From the NCBI GenBank assembly GCA_964106915.2, contig OZ066925.1: DNA of 64,000 bases. One strand, 5' to 3'. Shown here one piece after another: positions 23,901-37,827 of the stretch. The DNA is from Podarcis gaigeae. Taxonomy: Eukaryota. Below the pieces are notes generated by a model that saw nothing but the letters and a program-made list of their open reading frames with translations, was not told where the DNA came from and did no database searches. A program made the translations under genes and the position numbers. The number at the start of each line of letters is the position of its first letter. Within the stretch, counting starts at the first letter, position 1.

Positions 23901-24582
23901 TTCTAAATCCATTATGCTACATGGCAGGGTTGGCTAACCTGTGCCCCCCCAGATGCTGCTGTACTACAGCTCCCATCATCCCTGTTGACCATGCTGGCTG
24001 GAGCTGATGGGATTTATAGTCCAACCACATCTGGAGGGACACTCCTACTCTTTTTCCAACATATGGAATACAAAGAATTGTAAGGCCAGATTTCATCTAA
24101 TCTTCCCCATCCCTGGAATCCCTTACTTGTAAAATTAATCCTCATCATAACAAACATTGGAAACTTCCTTATCCCAGGTTAGACTATTTCCTCATCTAGC
24201 CCAGTAGTGTCAACTCTGACAGGCAGCAGTTATCTAGGGTCCACCTGCACTATGCATTTAAAGCAATGGCGTTTCGCTTTAAACCGTCATGGCTTTTCCC
24301 AGAGGATCCTGGAAACTGCAGTCTATTTAAGGTGCTGTGAGGAAACCCCTGCTCCCCACACAGAACTATAATTCCCAGAGTTCCCTGGGAAGAGGCATTG
24401 ATTGGTAAACCACTCTAGGATTTGTAGCTTTGGGAGTCAATAGACCTCTAAGGCAGACAGCACTACCTCTAAGTTGGAATCCGATTTCTGAAGACAGAAA
24501 CTGCACCCTTAGCTTCTTCACCTCCTCTACTGGAGTCAATCACTCCAGATGCAGGCAGATCCATTCCAGCCTTTTTATTCTG

Positions 24583-24583
<1 letters not shown>

Positions 24584-24620
<37 letters not shown>
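24584..24620. repeat. (CT)n microsatellite
   Basis: Direct observation. Confidence 0.95.
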
Positions 24621-24622
<2 letters not shown>

Positions 24623-26353
24623 CTTGACTGGGTCCATGTTTCTTTGAAATGTCAGAGTGAGTCTGGGCACACCAAGCACATACCCTACACACATGTATGC
24701 TTGCTTTTAACATATACTGTATTTGTCTCTGATATTCCCCCAGCCTTTGACAGACTGATCCCTGATGTCTCTGTGCAGCCCATTTGTTGAGTTCCTGATC
24801 AACTTTCAAGATAGTCAAAACCATTGTTAACAGGCTCATTCTGAACCATAGTTTTCAGCAGGTGGTGCCTCTTACTTACACACACATTGTATCTCTGTAT
24901 TTATTTAAAGGTACATTCTTCCATCTTATCAAATGGCACCTTATCAGCTGTATTCCATGGAGGCAAATTTAAGACTGCTATATGTATGTAAAATATTTGT
25001 ATAGCCTTTTGCCTCTGTTGGCTCTGCAAAGATAATGCAGAATACTTCCTCCTTATACATGAGTAACGGAAGTGTTTACACAGGCCAGGCCAGATATATG
25101 CAAAAGGAAGACAGGTAAGTTGATAAATTGACTAGAGGGTTGCACAGATGCAATTTAAGCCTTTCTTGTCTTGCACCAATGCATATAATGAAATGAAAAG
25201 AGAATAAATAACCCTATCTCCATTATGTAGATAGAAGGACAAATTTGTCTGAAGGGAGAAGAAGAAGAAAATGCAGAAGCCACTTTAATTAACAAAGGTG
25301 AAACATTTGTAATGTGTGTTTTGGCTTTATCTCAAAACAAGTATAGTTGTTTCTCAGAGTTTGCAAGAGGGTGTGAAACCAGCTGTTTCCTGTATGAGGC
25401 TTCCTCCAGTATAACCCATTCCTATGGAAGAGAAAAAGAAAGAATTCTCAGCGCTTTATCTTTATTTTACCCAAACAAGGCAGCTATTTGCATTAGGCTG
25501 TGCAGTAGGCGAACAGGGGTGACCCTTAGACCAAATGGCGCTGCAGGCAAGGAGGCGTGTACTTGCACCCCATTTCATGATTTTGATGCAGTGTGCATGC
25601 ATGATTTATCCCTGCCATGTAAGATGATAAATTTGCATACCTGGATCTATAAATCTGTACTTATTCATGCTATACGAACTGTTTGTATCTGCTTGTTTCA
25701 GCTACTGAGTGGACAGTTGAGGAGATGATCTGCAACAGATGCACCTACCTCCCTGGTCCAGAAGCCTCCAAGCTTGCAGCCCCAGGGCACTTTGCAGTGA
25801 ATGAAGTATGGGCAAACTATTAAGACGTAGCCTGGCTGATTGCAGTATTTTTAGGCCGCTTTGCAGTGTTGCCCCTCCCAAGGCATCACACTGGAGTTTT
25901 AAAATGGCACTGGTGACAGAAAGCTGGGGGGGGGGGGGCTGATGTTCCCTGGCACTTAGCTGTGTTGCTTCTGCCTAACCTTTAGCTGTGATACTTATTT
26001 TCATTTCTCTGCGCAGTTCGTGTATGCATTTTTGTATTTATTGGCTGCCCTAAAATAATTCTAGTCACAATTTAACTAGTCACAATTTTAAAATCAAATA
26101 AAATGCAGCATATACAGGAACTATAGGATCAAAAAAAAGAGAGACTAGTTTAAAAACAGAGAGCCGAGTGGCACAACTCTGCAGTCTTAAAATAAATTTA
26201 AAACAGAAACCAGTATTTTACTCATACCTTTTTTTGCATTATATTTGAAAGAGTGCCATTGAAAAGTGACAGAAAGGGGGAGGGGGGCAGTGCACCAAGG
26301 CTGGGATAGAGAGGCAACATCTTGCTACTTTTTTGTACCTCACCTAAAACCTT

Positions 26354-26694
26354 AAAGGTAAAGGGACCCCCTGGCCATTAGGTCGTCGTGACTGACTCGG
26401 GTTGCGGCGCTCATCTTGCTTTCTTGGCCGAGGGAGCCGACATACAGCTTCCGGGTCATGTGGCCAGCATAACTAAGCTGCTTCTGGTGAACCAGAGCAG
26501 CACAAGGAAACACCGTTTACCTTCCCGCCGGAGCGGTACCTATTTATCTACTTGCACTTTGATATGCTTTCGAACTGCTAGGTTGGCAGGAGCAGGGACT
26601 GAGCAACGGGAGCTCACCCCATTGCGGGGATTTGAACCGCTGACCTTCTGATCGGCAAGTCCTAGACTCTGTGGTTTAACCCACAGCGCCACCC
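26354..26694 (-). mobile_element. Sauria SINE
   Basis: Reverse complement of the 16699 copy; flanks acctaaaacctta / acctgaaacctta. Confidence 0.92.
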
Positions 26695-28079
26695 TTTACC
26701 TGAAACCTTAGGTGATGACAAAATGCAGCCCTCCTAATAACACTTCTGAAAGCTTTTAACATGCAAGTTGTTATTGTTTTGGACTCTGTTTTGAACAACC
26801 AAAACGCTGCATTGATGCAAACACAGAATGATCCATAGCAGTAGAGAGAATCCCAACATAATGAATTGAAATTTGTAAAATGCTTTGATACTGGCACTGC
26901 AGGCATATTAAAAAATTAAAATATATGTTATTGTTTACTTCCTCGGGTGCATTCTTAGAATGGCATTATCAAATATCACACATCAGAATGGTTCTTTTTA
27001 ACCACTGACTCTAACTTTCCTACTTGTGTCTGAACAGCTGAACACAATGGAGATTCATGTGCCATAGCTAAGTGGATGTGTTCAAATAATTTGTAATGGT
27101 TGCACAACAATAATTGGGCAACAAAGATTTGTCTTTGTGGGTGTTTTTTGTCCATCTAATTCTACTGAATAAAAAGCCCTCTCTAAAATGTAACGGAATA
27201 ACAAATTGACAGGCTGGAGCAGAATATTACACCACCATCTGTTGTTGGCATTGAGATTGTGGTAAACATCTCAAGTGCAATTCAGAGAGCTCAGCAACAA
27301 CACACCTGGGATTAAAACTCAAGCTGTGTTTTCCGGCAATTGGGTTTCATCCACAATCTATATATAGTCCACACTTTTCCAGCCTCCTAACAAAACTTAG
27401 TTGTAGTTATCTGCTGGCCAAATTAATTGCCGAATGATCACAAGCACTCCATGACCACAGTTGGGTAATACATTCATTAAGACCAACCAAAAAGTTATTT
27501 AAAAATGGCAAACTTTCAAGTGTTCCAGAACTCTGCCAGGCAATCCCTCCCAGGTGCTGAGATATCAAGTTACACGCTTTGGATTCTGGGATGAAGTTGC
27601 AACAGCTGACACCATATTGGGGGGGGGAGGTGGGGGTGTGTGAATGGTTGGTTTGCAACTCGGTTCTGTCCTGTCCCATACCTGAAGCGAAACACTTTTG
27701 TTTATTGTGTGTGGGACAGAGAACAGAAGTAAAACAATACTCATGACAGCCTCCTTTTTTGGCAAAGCTAGGGGGTTAATACTGGAAGGTTTGCCAAGTA
27801 GGAGTCATTTTGGAAGTCCAATAGTATAGCAGGAACACTCCATGTTCCTCTTCATATCTCAGTACCCAGAAAGGAGTTAGCCTTCAACTTCTGTCTTAAA
27901 ACTCAATCTATAAACAAACCTTATGGCTGTAACATCTACCCTGCCATTTCCCACCCGCCTAGTTTTTTGCTTTTTAAAGATTTTCATCCTCCAGCCACTA
28001 CCCCTACCTTGTGTATTATCTTGCCTGGCAAAGAATTTTCAAAAAACTCAAAAGCTTGCTACATTTATTTCTTTGTTAC

Positions 28080-28292
28080 TATATTTCTATCCCAGCTTTC
28101 CTCCAAAGAGCTCAAGGTGACAAACATGGTTCTCCACACACTCCATCCTACCCTCACAACAACCCTGTGAGGTAGGCTAGACTAAGAAATTGTGACCTGT
28201 CTGAGGTCAGCACGTGAGCTTCCTAGCTGATGTGAGATTTGGTCTCTGGGGTCCGAGCCCGACATTTTGACCACTATGCCACAATGGCTCTT
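28080..28292 (-). mobile_element. MIR/Ther1-like (CORE) SINE
   Basis: cctcacaacaaccctgtgaggtagg CORE motif followed by a reverse tRNA head (accactatgccaca); weaker copies at ~9420-9710 and ~19440-19570. Confidence 0.75.
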
Positions 28293-30039
28293 AATTTTAA
28301 ATTGCTCAGCTGTAGACTTTGGAGGGGGTGTTATGGTGTATTATATGACCTCCTGTGGTTCTCTTGATTGCAGTTATTGGCTTATCTATGCTGTGCATAC
28401 ACACCTGTTTACTTTGCATCCTGCATGCTCCCACTGCTGTTTTGGGTAGCAATGTACACATGATATTAGCCACAATCCATATCTATACTGTATCTATCCT
28501 GTTCTTTCTTATGAAATACTGTTTTTGATGCGTTTCCCCATAAACCAGCTTTGCTTCAAATTAAGAAAAAAGAACAACTGAGCTGCATTTTACCGGTATG
28601 CTGGTAACAATGCAGGAGGCAGCAGTTATGAGTTACAAGTCTCTGTAGCCACAGCAGGCGCTGTGATTCTCCAGCAGTTTGACTTCACTCCTGAAGACGC
28701 ACTCCATTGCCTCTTCAGACAGATTGATGTCAACAAATGCATTCTATAGGAATAGCTATTTAACTTCCTGGGAGCTCTTTAAAACATAGATGGGGAACCT
28801 GTGTCCCTCCAGGTGTTGCTGGTCTCTATAATTCTCATCAGCTCCAGCCAGCATAGCCAATGGTCAGAGATGATGGAAGTTGTAGTCCAACAACATAGGG
28901 AGCGGGGCTCACATTCCCCTTCTCTGATTTAAGAACTTGTAGGTGAATGGATTTAGAATACAGCAGCTTGATCATTTTTTAATCTGACATTAAGTTATAA
29001 AACTTAATCCTTGGCCATCTCTATTTTACATTATTCTTCAGAATACCCAGGGGAAGTCTGGGAATCATTTTTTGATTCCCCAAAGGTGGGAATCAGGTGT
29101 AGGCTTCTATTTTATTTTTTTAGATTACAAATGTGTTCCTTTTTAAACCAAACAGCTTGATCTTATACCTGTTTACTCCAAAGCAAGTCCCACAGAGTTC
29201 TAACTCCCTAGCCAAACTAACCAACACACAATGGGTGTTATTTTTCTCATATGAGAATTAGTATTAAATTTTCCACATCCGAACAAACAGTGGTGATATT
29301 TTCACAGAAAATGGATTGTACACTGGAGACTACTGAGATCTTCCCAGTCTAATTAAGATATATTTGAAAATGAAAAGATAGGGCTTTTTGGACATAATTC
29401 TACAAACACTTACTCTCTAACAGTCTTGAGACCAGGCTAAATAACAGTAAGCAAAGGGCAGGAATGATTCTAAGCTACTATGGGCCACTCTTTAACTTAT
29501 GCATTAACAAAAAGAAGCTAGCATTCAGCTTCCCATTCAGTTCTGGCACCTGAAGCTGATGTCTCTATGTCCACTGACTGATATGGAACTGATTCGCTGT
29601 AATGATTCTTTGGTTTGCAGTAGCATTGCCTTTCTGTGAATCCCCAGCAACAGAGCAGTGACTCAGGCCCTGTGCTATTATTGTCAGAGGGAGATTAATT
29701 AGCTGGAGAGGATCTGGGGTTGTCCCCAGTGCACAAGAAGGTTGGTGTGAAAATAGCAGCTATTATTTATTGGTGTGTGGAAAATCAAATGCCAATTCCC
29801 ACATGAGGAGGAACATAAAGTATATCGGTGATAAAAATAAATCGAGTAGATGAATCTGACGGGGAGGTAGATTGGAAAGAATAGATTAAGAAACTTATAA
29901 GGGGGAAAAGAAGAAAAGGCAGAATGGAATATGAGTCTTAAAAGAAAAAGATAAGATATAAAATGGTAGGTGGAGAGAGAAAATAGAATAGTGATGATAG
30001 TGAGCCTTAATGAGGAAAAATTCTCAATGCCAGTTCTTG

Positions 30040-30476
30040 ACTTGGGATGAAAGGATTTGTCAATTTTGGCTCTCTTAGTTTCTCCTTTTTCCAGTTATAA
30101 ATTCAGTTATCCACAGTTTGCAGCAATTTTTATTTATTTATTTATTTTAAAAACCCTAATGAAAATCCATCACCATTTAGTGCATATTTCCCTAATAAAT
30201 ACATTTTCAAATGTAGTTTTTACAAATGTACACATTCATGTAAGCAATTTCCTTAATATAATGCATTTGCATATGCTATTTTAGCCAATACATTCGTTTT
30301 TATGCAAACATTCCCCTACTATACACATTTTTTAAACATGGGTTGGTTGGTGAACTGCATAACAAATCTCAAATAAGTGCAAATTGCATGTCTGATTTGC
30401 ATACTGTTTCAGAAAGTGCAGAAGTGATAGATTTGGCTTCAAATTGGACCTGAATTGAATTTCTGTCCCATACCTA
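30040..30476. mobile_element. Old AT-rich non-autonomous DNA transposon
   Basis: gggatg...cccataccta degenerate inverted ends with repeated tgca/cattt motifs; related pieces near 953-1130 and 21490-21600. Confidence 0.5.
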
Positions 30477-31497
30477 GTCTTGACCATAGTTGAGGGTTGG
30501 AAAATGTTTTGTGGCCCTCCTGACGTCTTTGGACTCAGCCTCCATCAACCCCAGACAGAATGGCCAATGGTCAGGTGATGATGGGAGGACCACAAGTCCC
30601 CCATCACAGAAATAAACTGAGTAGTGTGTGTGTGTGTGTTTTGTGTTGTGGAGGAACTTCAAAACATTTCCCAAACTATCAGAGGCAGAAGGTCTTGGTT
30701 TGTATCAGGGCTTGCCTGGGAGCTAGCATGGGCAATGAGAGAGCTGAATGTGTATTGGAGTGGGGGGACAATGACAGTCTAGGTCTCCATCCCATCTGCA
30801 TAGAGTCACGGACAGGCAGGGAGAATTGTGCTGACTGCAATAATTTATTCTAGTCTTACTTGTTTTCAAGTAATATGTTTAGGATCAGGATGATAGATCC
30901 TAAGATGAGGTCAAGTGCACATGAGGCTTTGTGAAATTTCTCCCATAGGTCCCAAGCAGCACATTGTAAAAGGGAGAAGGATGGAAACATGGGTAGCCTT
31001 GTGACAAGAAGATAGCGATGAGTGTGTTCAAGACACACACAAAAAAAATGTTTTTTCCCTAGTCAGATGTGTACATTACTGAAGGAGCACATCACTTTCA
31101 AACTTTTAAGTTTACTGTAGTTTAGTTTTTAAAATGAGAGATGTGCACAGGAGACCCATGTTGTGGTTTGCATTGCTTATTTTTGTTTGTTTTAAAATAG
31201 GGCATGGCTGAGTGCTCTCATGCTGCGGTTGTACAGCAGAGGAGCACAGAGTTTCCAAAAAAATCAAAACATGGAAATAATAACCTAAGATCTAGGAGGC
31301 ACAGGTCCTAATTATATCACAAATAATATTCATCTGATAACTTCCTCGATGCGGCGATTTTATTTGCTTGTTTAAACAATTTGTTTGCCACTTGGTTGCA
31401 AGCGTCTTTTAAGTGGTGCACAAGAAATAAAATACCAAAAAGATAACAATCCCCTTAGAATTATAAAAGAAGACTTCAGTTCAAATGCCTGCTGGAG

Positions 31498-31533
<36 letters not shown>
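31498..31533. repeat. (CAAT)n microsatellite
   Basis: Direct observation. Confidence 0.9.
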
Positions 31534-31535
<2 letters not shown>

Positions 31536-32624
31536 TAAAAAGCAATAAAAATAAGTAATCTTGGGAATGAGGATAGGAGCATTACTCCCCCCCCCCCAAA
31601 GAAAAAACACAATACCAGAAGCACAGACTTGTAGTAAGAAATTATGCATAACAGTTAGTTACCCATGCTGGTACCTATTTCAGATTTTAAATTGATTCTA
31701 TTTGGCAGTTTTTAAATAGTTTTATATGTAGTTGGCTTTTGTTAAAAAAATGATTTTATATATGCAATTGTTTAACTGTTTTTATAAGTGTTTTTATACA
31801 AGTTTTTATTGTACTTAAATCACTTTGAGATGCCTCAGAGGATGTGATTAATTAATAACAAAAAATTAGAGACAGCATAGCCATTCATCTCACACACACA
31901 CACACACGCATGCACCCCCTGTTTAACCACTCTTAACCAGATTAGCCTTACAATGATGAAGACCAGCTACCCTAGTCTTTCAATTTAGAATATGGAAAGA
32001 GGTCCTTACCAAATCCTGATTTTTCCATCTGCCAAGGTGAGTTACTTGAATGCAGTAGTGTGGAGACACTCGACTATTTGATCAAGAGTTTGGGGACTGG
32101 CTTTATGAGATGATGCTAATGTGGGTATTTTTGTGAAGTGAGTCATTTGTTTTGGCTGATCCTTGCCTCTTTTGTGCTCACAGATTGTGTAACTCTGCAT
32201 AGCAATTTCCTTGTCATACAGTAGGTGTGAAAGAAGGGAATGAAACACCCTCGGCCTTCCTCTTCTTATTATTATTTTCCATGCTGTGTATTTTGTCTTT
32301 CATTCCTTCCCATAGTTGCTGTGTCCTGTCAACTCTTATCTTGGCCTCGTTCCTCTGAGACATCACCAGCACCAGCATTATAAATTAAGATTATTATGTT
32401 ATTAGAATTCTTAAACTGCCTTTCATCTCAAAAAGAAATACCAAGCCTGTTCAGAAACAAATAAAAAACCAACAGCAACATAGCAAGAATAGAGAGCCAA
32501 CTGTGCAAGGGTCTGTTTCTTCCTTGTATTTGTGTATTTCTGCAATGTATACTTTGCAGCTGCTAGGAGTGCATCATGGGCCTCACGTAACTTCCAACAC
32601 TACAAATATGGCATTCTGGCAATG

Positions 32625-32625
<1 letters not shown>

Positions 32626-32674
<49 letters not shown>

Positions 32675-33013
32675 TAATTTATTATTTATACCCCGCCCTT
32701 CTGGCTGGGTTTCCCCAGCCACTCTGAGTGGCTTCCAACAAAACACTAAAATACAATAACCTATTAAACATTAAAAGCTTCCCTAAACAGGGCTGCCTTA
32801 AGATATCTTCTAAAACTTTGGTAGTTATTTTTCTCTTTGACATCTGATGGGAGGGTGTTCCACAGGGCGGGCGCCACTACCAAGAAGGCCCTCTGCCTGG
32901 TTCCCTGTAACTTGGCTTCTCACAGCAAGGGAACTGCCAGAAGGCCCTCGGCGCTGGACCTCAGTGCCCAGGCAGAACGATGGAGGTGGAGACGCTCCTT
33001 CAGGTACACTGGA
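32626..33013 (-). mobile_element. L2-clade LINE 3' end with (ATT)n tail
   Basis: Homologous to 44632-44980, which encodes ...RAFSVVAPALWNGLP...; (AAT)n run at 32626-32673. Confidence 0.85.
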
Positions 33014-36000
33014 GTAATGGAGAAGGAACACCATTTGAATGGCAATGTCTATCAACTTGAGGGTGCTAGCCTCCTTAAATATGGGGGGGGGGGGCGGGCA
33101 AGGACCTTGGCATCTAGCAGTTGGCTACTATGACAGCCAGCATCTATCAGAAACAGGAAGAATGTGATGCTTCCTGAGCTCAGTTCTCTGAGGCAGGTTG
33201 TACATCTTGAACAAAAAATGGTGAGTGGGCTTATTATGCAAATGCATACTTCTCTATGCCACCATATAATTCACAAGCCTTTTTTTGCAAGCAATTTGCA
33301 TGCTTTATTTTCATGATATTACTTTCACAGGTGTCTTCAGACACAGATATTATGATTCACCAGTGTGAATTTTCACCTTTGTATTTAAAAAGTATTGTGA
33401 GAAACAACACTTAGCAAAGAGGAACAACTACTCCCGCAAAGTAGAGAAATTAATATGCTTGATTCCTAAAACAACAACAAAAATATCACTCCTTATTGTG
33501 CATCATTCACTACCAAAGGAAGGAGGGGACTGTCTAAATTACACGCGGAACAATCCTTCAAGAAAATTTCTACCTCTCACCCTCTTTTTTTTTTTTTTTT
33601 TAACTACTGGACAAAGAAGAAAGGCACCTGGAAAGAGTATTCTAGGGAAGTAAACACTGAGTGTGGGCATTCTTTATGCCCACATTTATGCCCACATTTC
33701 TCAATGGATCAGGGTAAAACTGCCACCTTCACATCTAAGCCCCACCGGCTGAATTCAGATACAACACTAAATTATGGCTTAACCTTACAAGACCAAGCTT
33801 CAGTGAATCTTGAATGTGCATGTGTTCTCCAGCATGGCTGCAAGGAGGCGATTGGAACCTTTTACTCCTGTTTTAGATAAACCACAGTTTTGAATGTTAC
33901 CCTAAACTTATACTGTGGTTACTCTTAACTATGGCTAGTGAAAACAAGCCAGATTCATTACTCATGTTTTGAAGTTGGCTTGTTCGAGCTCACTATAATT
34001 AAGATTAGCCACAGTTTGGGGTTATAACAACATGCTAATCTGTGGTTAATCTAAAACAGGAGTGGAAGCTTGCAATCTCCTTATCGCAGCCAAAATGAAG
34101 GCGGTGGTGGTGGAGGAGGTATGTGTGAGCCTGAGACTCACTGCAGCTTTCCCCCATAAAGATAAACCACATCTCCCAGAGTTCACATGTGTAAATGTGC
34201 CCATAGATGTGGGAGTAAGTCCTTTTTAACTTAATGGGACATGTTTCTTGGTATATACATATATAGGATAATGCCATCACTGTCACCTTCTCAGTGTCGT
34301 AGGTAGTGTGCAACGCTGTAGGACAAAAGACATCATAGAACTGCCAGTTGCATTGACTCGGCAGTTTCTTCAGCAACAAAAATGTACTTCCTCTGCAGTT
34401 TGCAAACCCTGACAGCTGACCTATTACTAGCTTGCAGAGGAAGTGTTGGCAGCAACATCATCTGCAAATGTAGGAAGGGATGGGGTGGGGAAAACCACAC
34501 AAGAAGTATGCACATGCAAAATAGCAACAGGGGTTTCCAACACTGTACTTTTACTTGCTGCAGATGCAAGATCCTCATTTCAAAGAGAATTAGGCGCAAA
34601 CATAATATTCTGCTGAAGAATATTCTTGGACACTGACCCATGCAATCCTATGCACACTGATCAGGCCCAAATCTCCTAGTTAGCTTCACCGCCAAACAGA
34701 GTTTCAGGCAGGGTCTGTCACATTCAAACTCAAACTTCTGCAAAGGAAACACAATACTTTCTAAGCCTAAGATGGCACTGTAGAGGTACTAGCTTAAAAA
34801 TAGCCATGTGTTGTCCTTTTTCTCTGATTTGTAAACAAATTGGAGGAATTAAAAATGTTGCTCTAGTTTCCATAGACAGTAAAGCACACACATAGGGCTT
34901 TACCCTAACCCTAACTTAAAATGCGGCTAGGTCATTCTTTTTCTCAATTTGGATTGAAGCTGGTTGAAGACGAAAAATGCATCAAAATGCAGCATTTCAT
35001 CAGAAACAGCAGGATAGACATTGGTTGTGGCTAATGGAATGTGTACATCGCTTCCCAAACCAGTAGTGGGAATGCACTGGATGTAGCATAAACAGGAGTG
35101 TGTACAAAGCCACACACCCACATCCTAACCATGTTTACTTGAAAGTATGTGCCACTGATTTCAATGGCATTTACTTCCTAGTAACATATAGGATATGCAG
35201 CCATAGCAGATTTCTAAAAGAAGGGAATTTGTAACAAGAAACAATAGTAACTAAAAACAGGCATGGCCTGGAATGCATTAGGTGTGGGAAGAACATCTCT
35301 GATGAACAATATAAAGATTCCTCAAGATGAAAAATGCTTTTCTGGCATAAGCCCCAAACTGAGAAGCTGGCGTTGCATTCTCAAGACAAAGAGCAAGAAA
35401 ACTAGCACCAGCATCAGAGGCCAAGCAAAATCTGAGACCGGGATGTGAGAGCTCATTTTTAACATGGGAAAGTGCAGTGACCTAGCCAAATAAGGAGTTC
35501 TTCAGGACGGAATGCAAAGGTGATGCAATGATGAAGACCCTAGCAAGTGTTACGGGTTTCTTATGCTTTTATCCAGTGGGAAGAGCCAAGCAGCATGCAG
35601 CCATAACTGTGAACAACCCAGTTAAACAAAGAGCAGCCTCGTTTTGGGGGTCCTTGAGTGCTCTTGTAGGTAACTAATGCACTGATTCAGCCTGCTAGAT
35701 GTTCACAGACCAAATTTAGTGACTCAGACCGGCATGCTGATTGGTATCTCTTCCCACAAGGATGTTGGCGTTGCTAAAAGCCAACCACAGTTGCTCCAAA
35801 CCTGGGATAAAGTTTCTTCTATGAGGTGGTGCCTGTTTCAGTTCCTTATCTGGCACTACTGCTGCAGCGGGTGGAGCTTTCTCTATGCATGCTACTTTTC
35901 CCCCCTTTTTCAAATCTTGATCTAATGTTTCTGTTTGCTTCCTTATATGCTCTTATATGTTCAGTAACCTGAACGGGTGCAAAATGATCTCCACAATGGT

Positions 36001-36866
36001 TGAGGGCAAGTTTGGTTACATTATGTGCATTTACCTGCTGGTGTCATTGCTGAGCACTGGGGCCATCAGAGATGCAAGATACCCACACATTTCTCTCCAT
36101 GCAAAGAAAAGTAGCTTGGGGCTAAGGTCAGCAGTTCATCTTCCTTCTGCACCCCATTCCTTCTATCAGGTTATGAGATTCTCCATTAACTCCAGTGGGA
36201 GTGTCTTTACTTACAACACCAGTTTCACATATGTAACAGATCACACCATCATCACAGGGTGAGGGCCAAACTACTGTAAATGTGATTTGCACATTTCTCT
36301 CCTTACCAGTCACAATAAAAATCTCCTTTCTGAAGCTGCTCTTTGCATTTCAAAGGAACGAATAGAAGCTTCCCTTAAAGCAGGGATGGTGAACTTGTGG
36401 TCCTCCAGATGTTGTTGGACTCCAACTCCCATAAGCCCCAGCCAACATGGTCAGTAGTTGGGAATGGTGAGAGAGAGCTGTGGTCCCAACAACAACACAG
36501 GTTAGCCACCACTGCCCTAAAATGCAGGCAGCGGTTTCAGAGAGATAAGATAAAGAGCTAATCTTCCTAGTGGTCTCTGGGCTCAAAAGACCTGTGCATT
36601 AATTGCATCCACATAATTAACCTCAGAAGTACCGTAGTTTGGCCCTGACTCAAGCCAGCATGAGACTTGAACTAAATAAATGTGGCCCTTTCCCCACTAC
36701 ACCCACCTTGCAAAATTTCCCCCTTGCATTGGCGGAATCCCACCAGTGCAGAGAGCATGCTAGCAGCATTTGTGTTGCAACTCTAATATAAATTCATTAC
36801 AACAGTGTAGCATCTCATTCTGCTGGCGCAGTGAAATTTAGTATCAATGTTATCTTTGCTCTAGCC

Positions 36867-37362
36867 CAGGGGTCTGCAACCTTTAAGACAAAAAGAGCCA
36901 CTTGGACCCGTTTCCGAAGAAAAAAAAACACCTGGGAGCCGCAAAACTCATCATTATAAAAATAACTTTTTTGTCACTTTGTTATTATTTCTTTGTTTGA
37001 CTCCTCAGAATTACTCCTCCTCATAGAAATAAACGTTAAATTAACAAGTTACCTTTGTGTGTGTGTGTGTTCTTCACTCCCCTTCAAAACAGTGACCAGC
37101 GTACATGTCCCCTTTCAATGCAGTGACCAGCGTACATGCCCCTTACAATGTAGCGGGCGGGCGGGAAGGTGACGTTGGGACGGTGCGTGACTAACGCACG
37201 CACTGCCCCCATGCGACGTCACAGCCAGTACAGCGCCCGCCACAGTGGGGAGTGTCGGGGCACACAATGCGCCTCCTCCCCTCGCTAGTATCCGCCCCGG
37301 AGCCACGGCAAAGGTGTAAAAGAGCCACATGCGGCTCCGGAGCCGCGGGTTGCAGACCCCTG
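36867..37362. mobile_element. Young non-autonomous hAT element
   Basis: Perfect 15-bp TIR CAGGGGTCTGCAACC and perfect 8-bp duplication CTCTAGCC (36859-36866, 37363-37370). Confidence 0.93.
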
Positions 37363-37827
37363 CTCTAGCCAACTCTTCTATTAGGCATAGCAGCTGCCTC
37401 AGGGAACTGATTTTGAGTGTCACGAGAGGGCAGTAAAGTGATAGTTATATAATTTATTATTATTGTATTTTTCTTGTCAAGTATCTGTGAGATTTGTTGC
37501 ATCAGATGCCAAAAAGAACTTGACTGGCCTTGGGTACATGGGAGGCAGGAGGCACCAGTTGCTTCTCTGCTTCTGGCAGCAAAGCCTCAAGGTCCAATTT
37601 TGTTCTACCCAGTGTGCAGAACAGGATAGGCTGTAATTCAAAAAGAAGATCCTCCATTTCCATGCAATAAAAATAACTGTTATATGTTAAGGTTTCTCCA
37701 GGATAGGTTTGGATTGCAACTTAATATTTTTAAAGGCATTTTAATGAGATTTGTTAATGTGCCCACTTACATTACTTACGTACGTACGTACCCACCTGCC
37801 CTTCACCCTATAGTCCCTAAAGTAACA

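Noticed and set aside
34899-34916. Telomere-like CCCTAA units
   Set aside because: Only about two units; expected by chance.
37777-37791. (TACG)n palindromic micro-repeat
   Set aside because: Too short to support any function.
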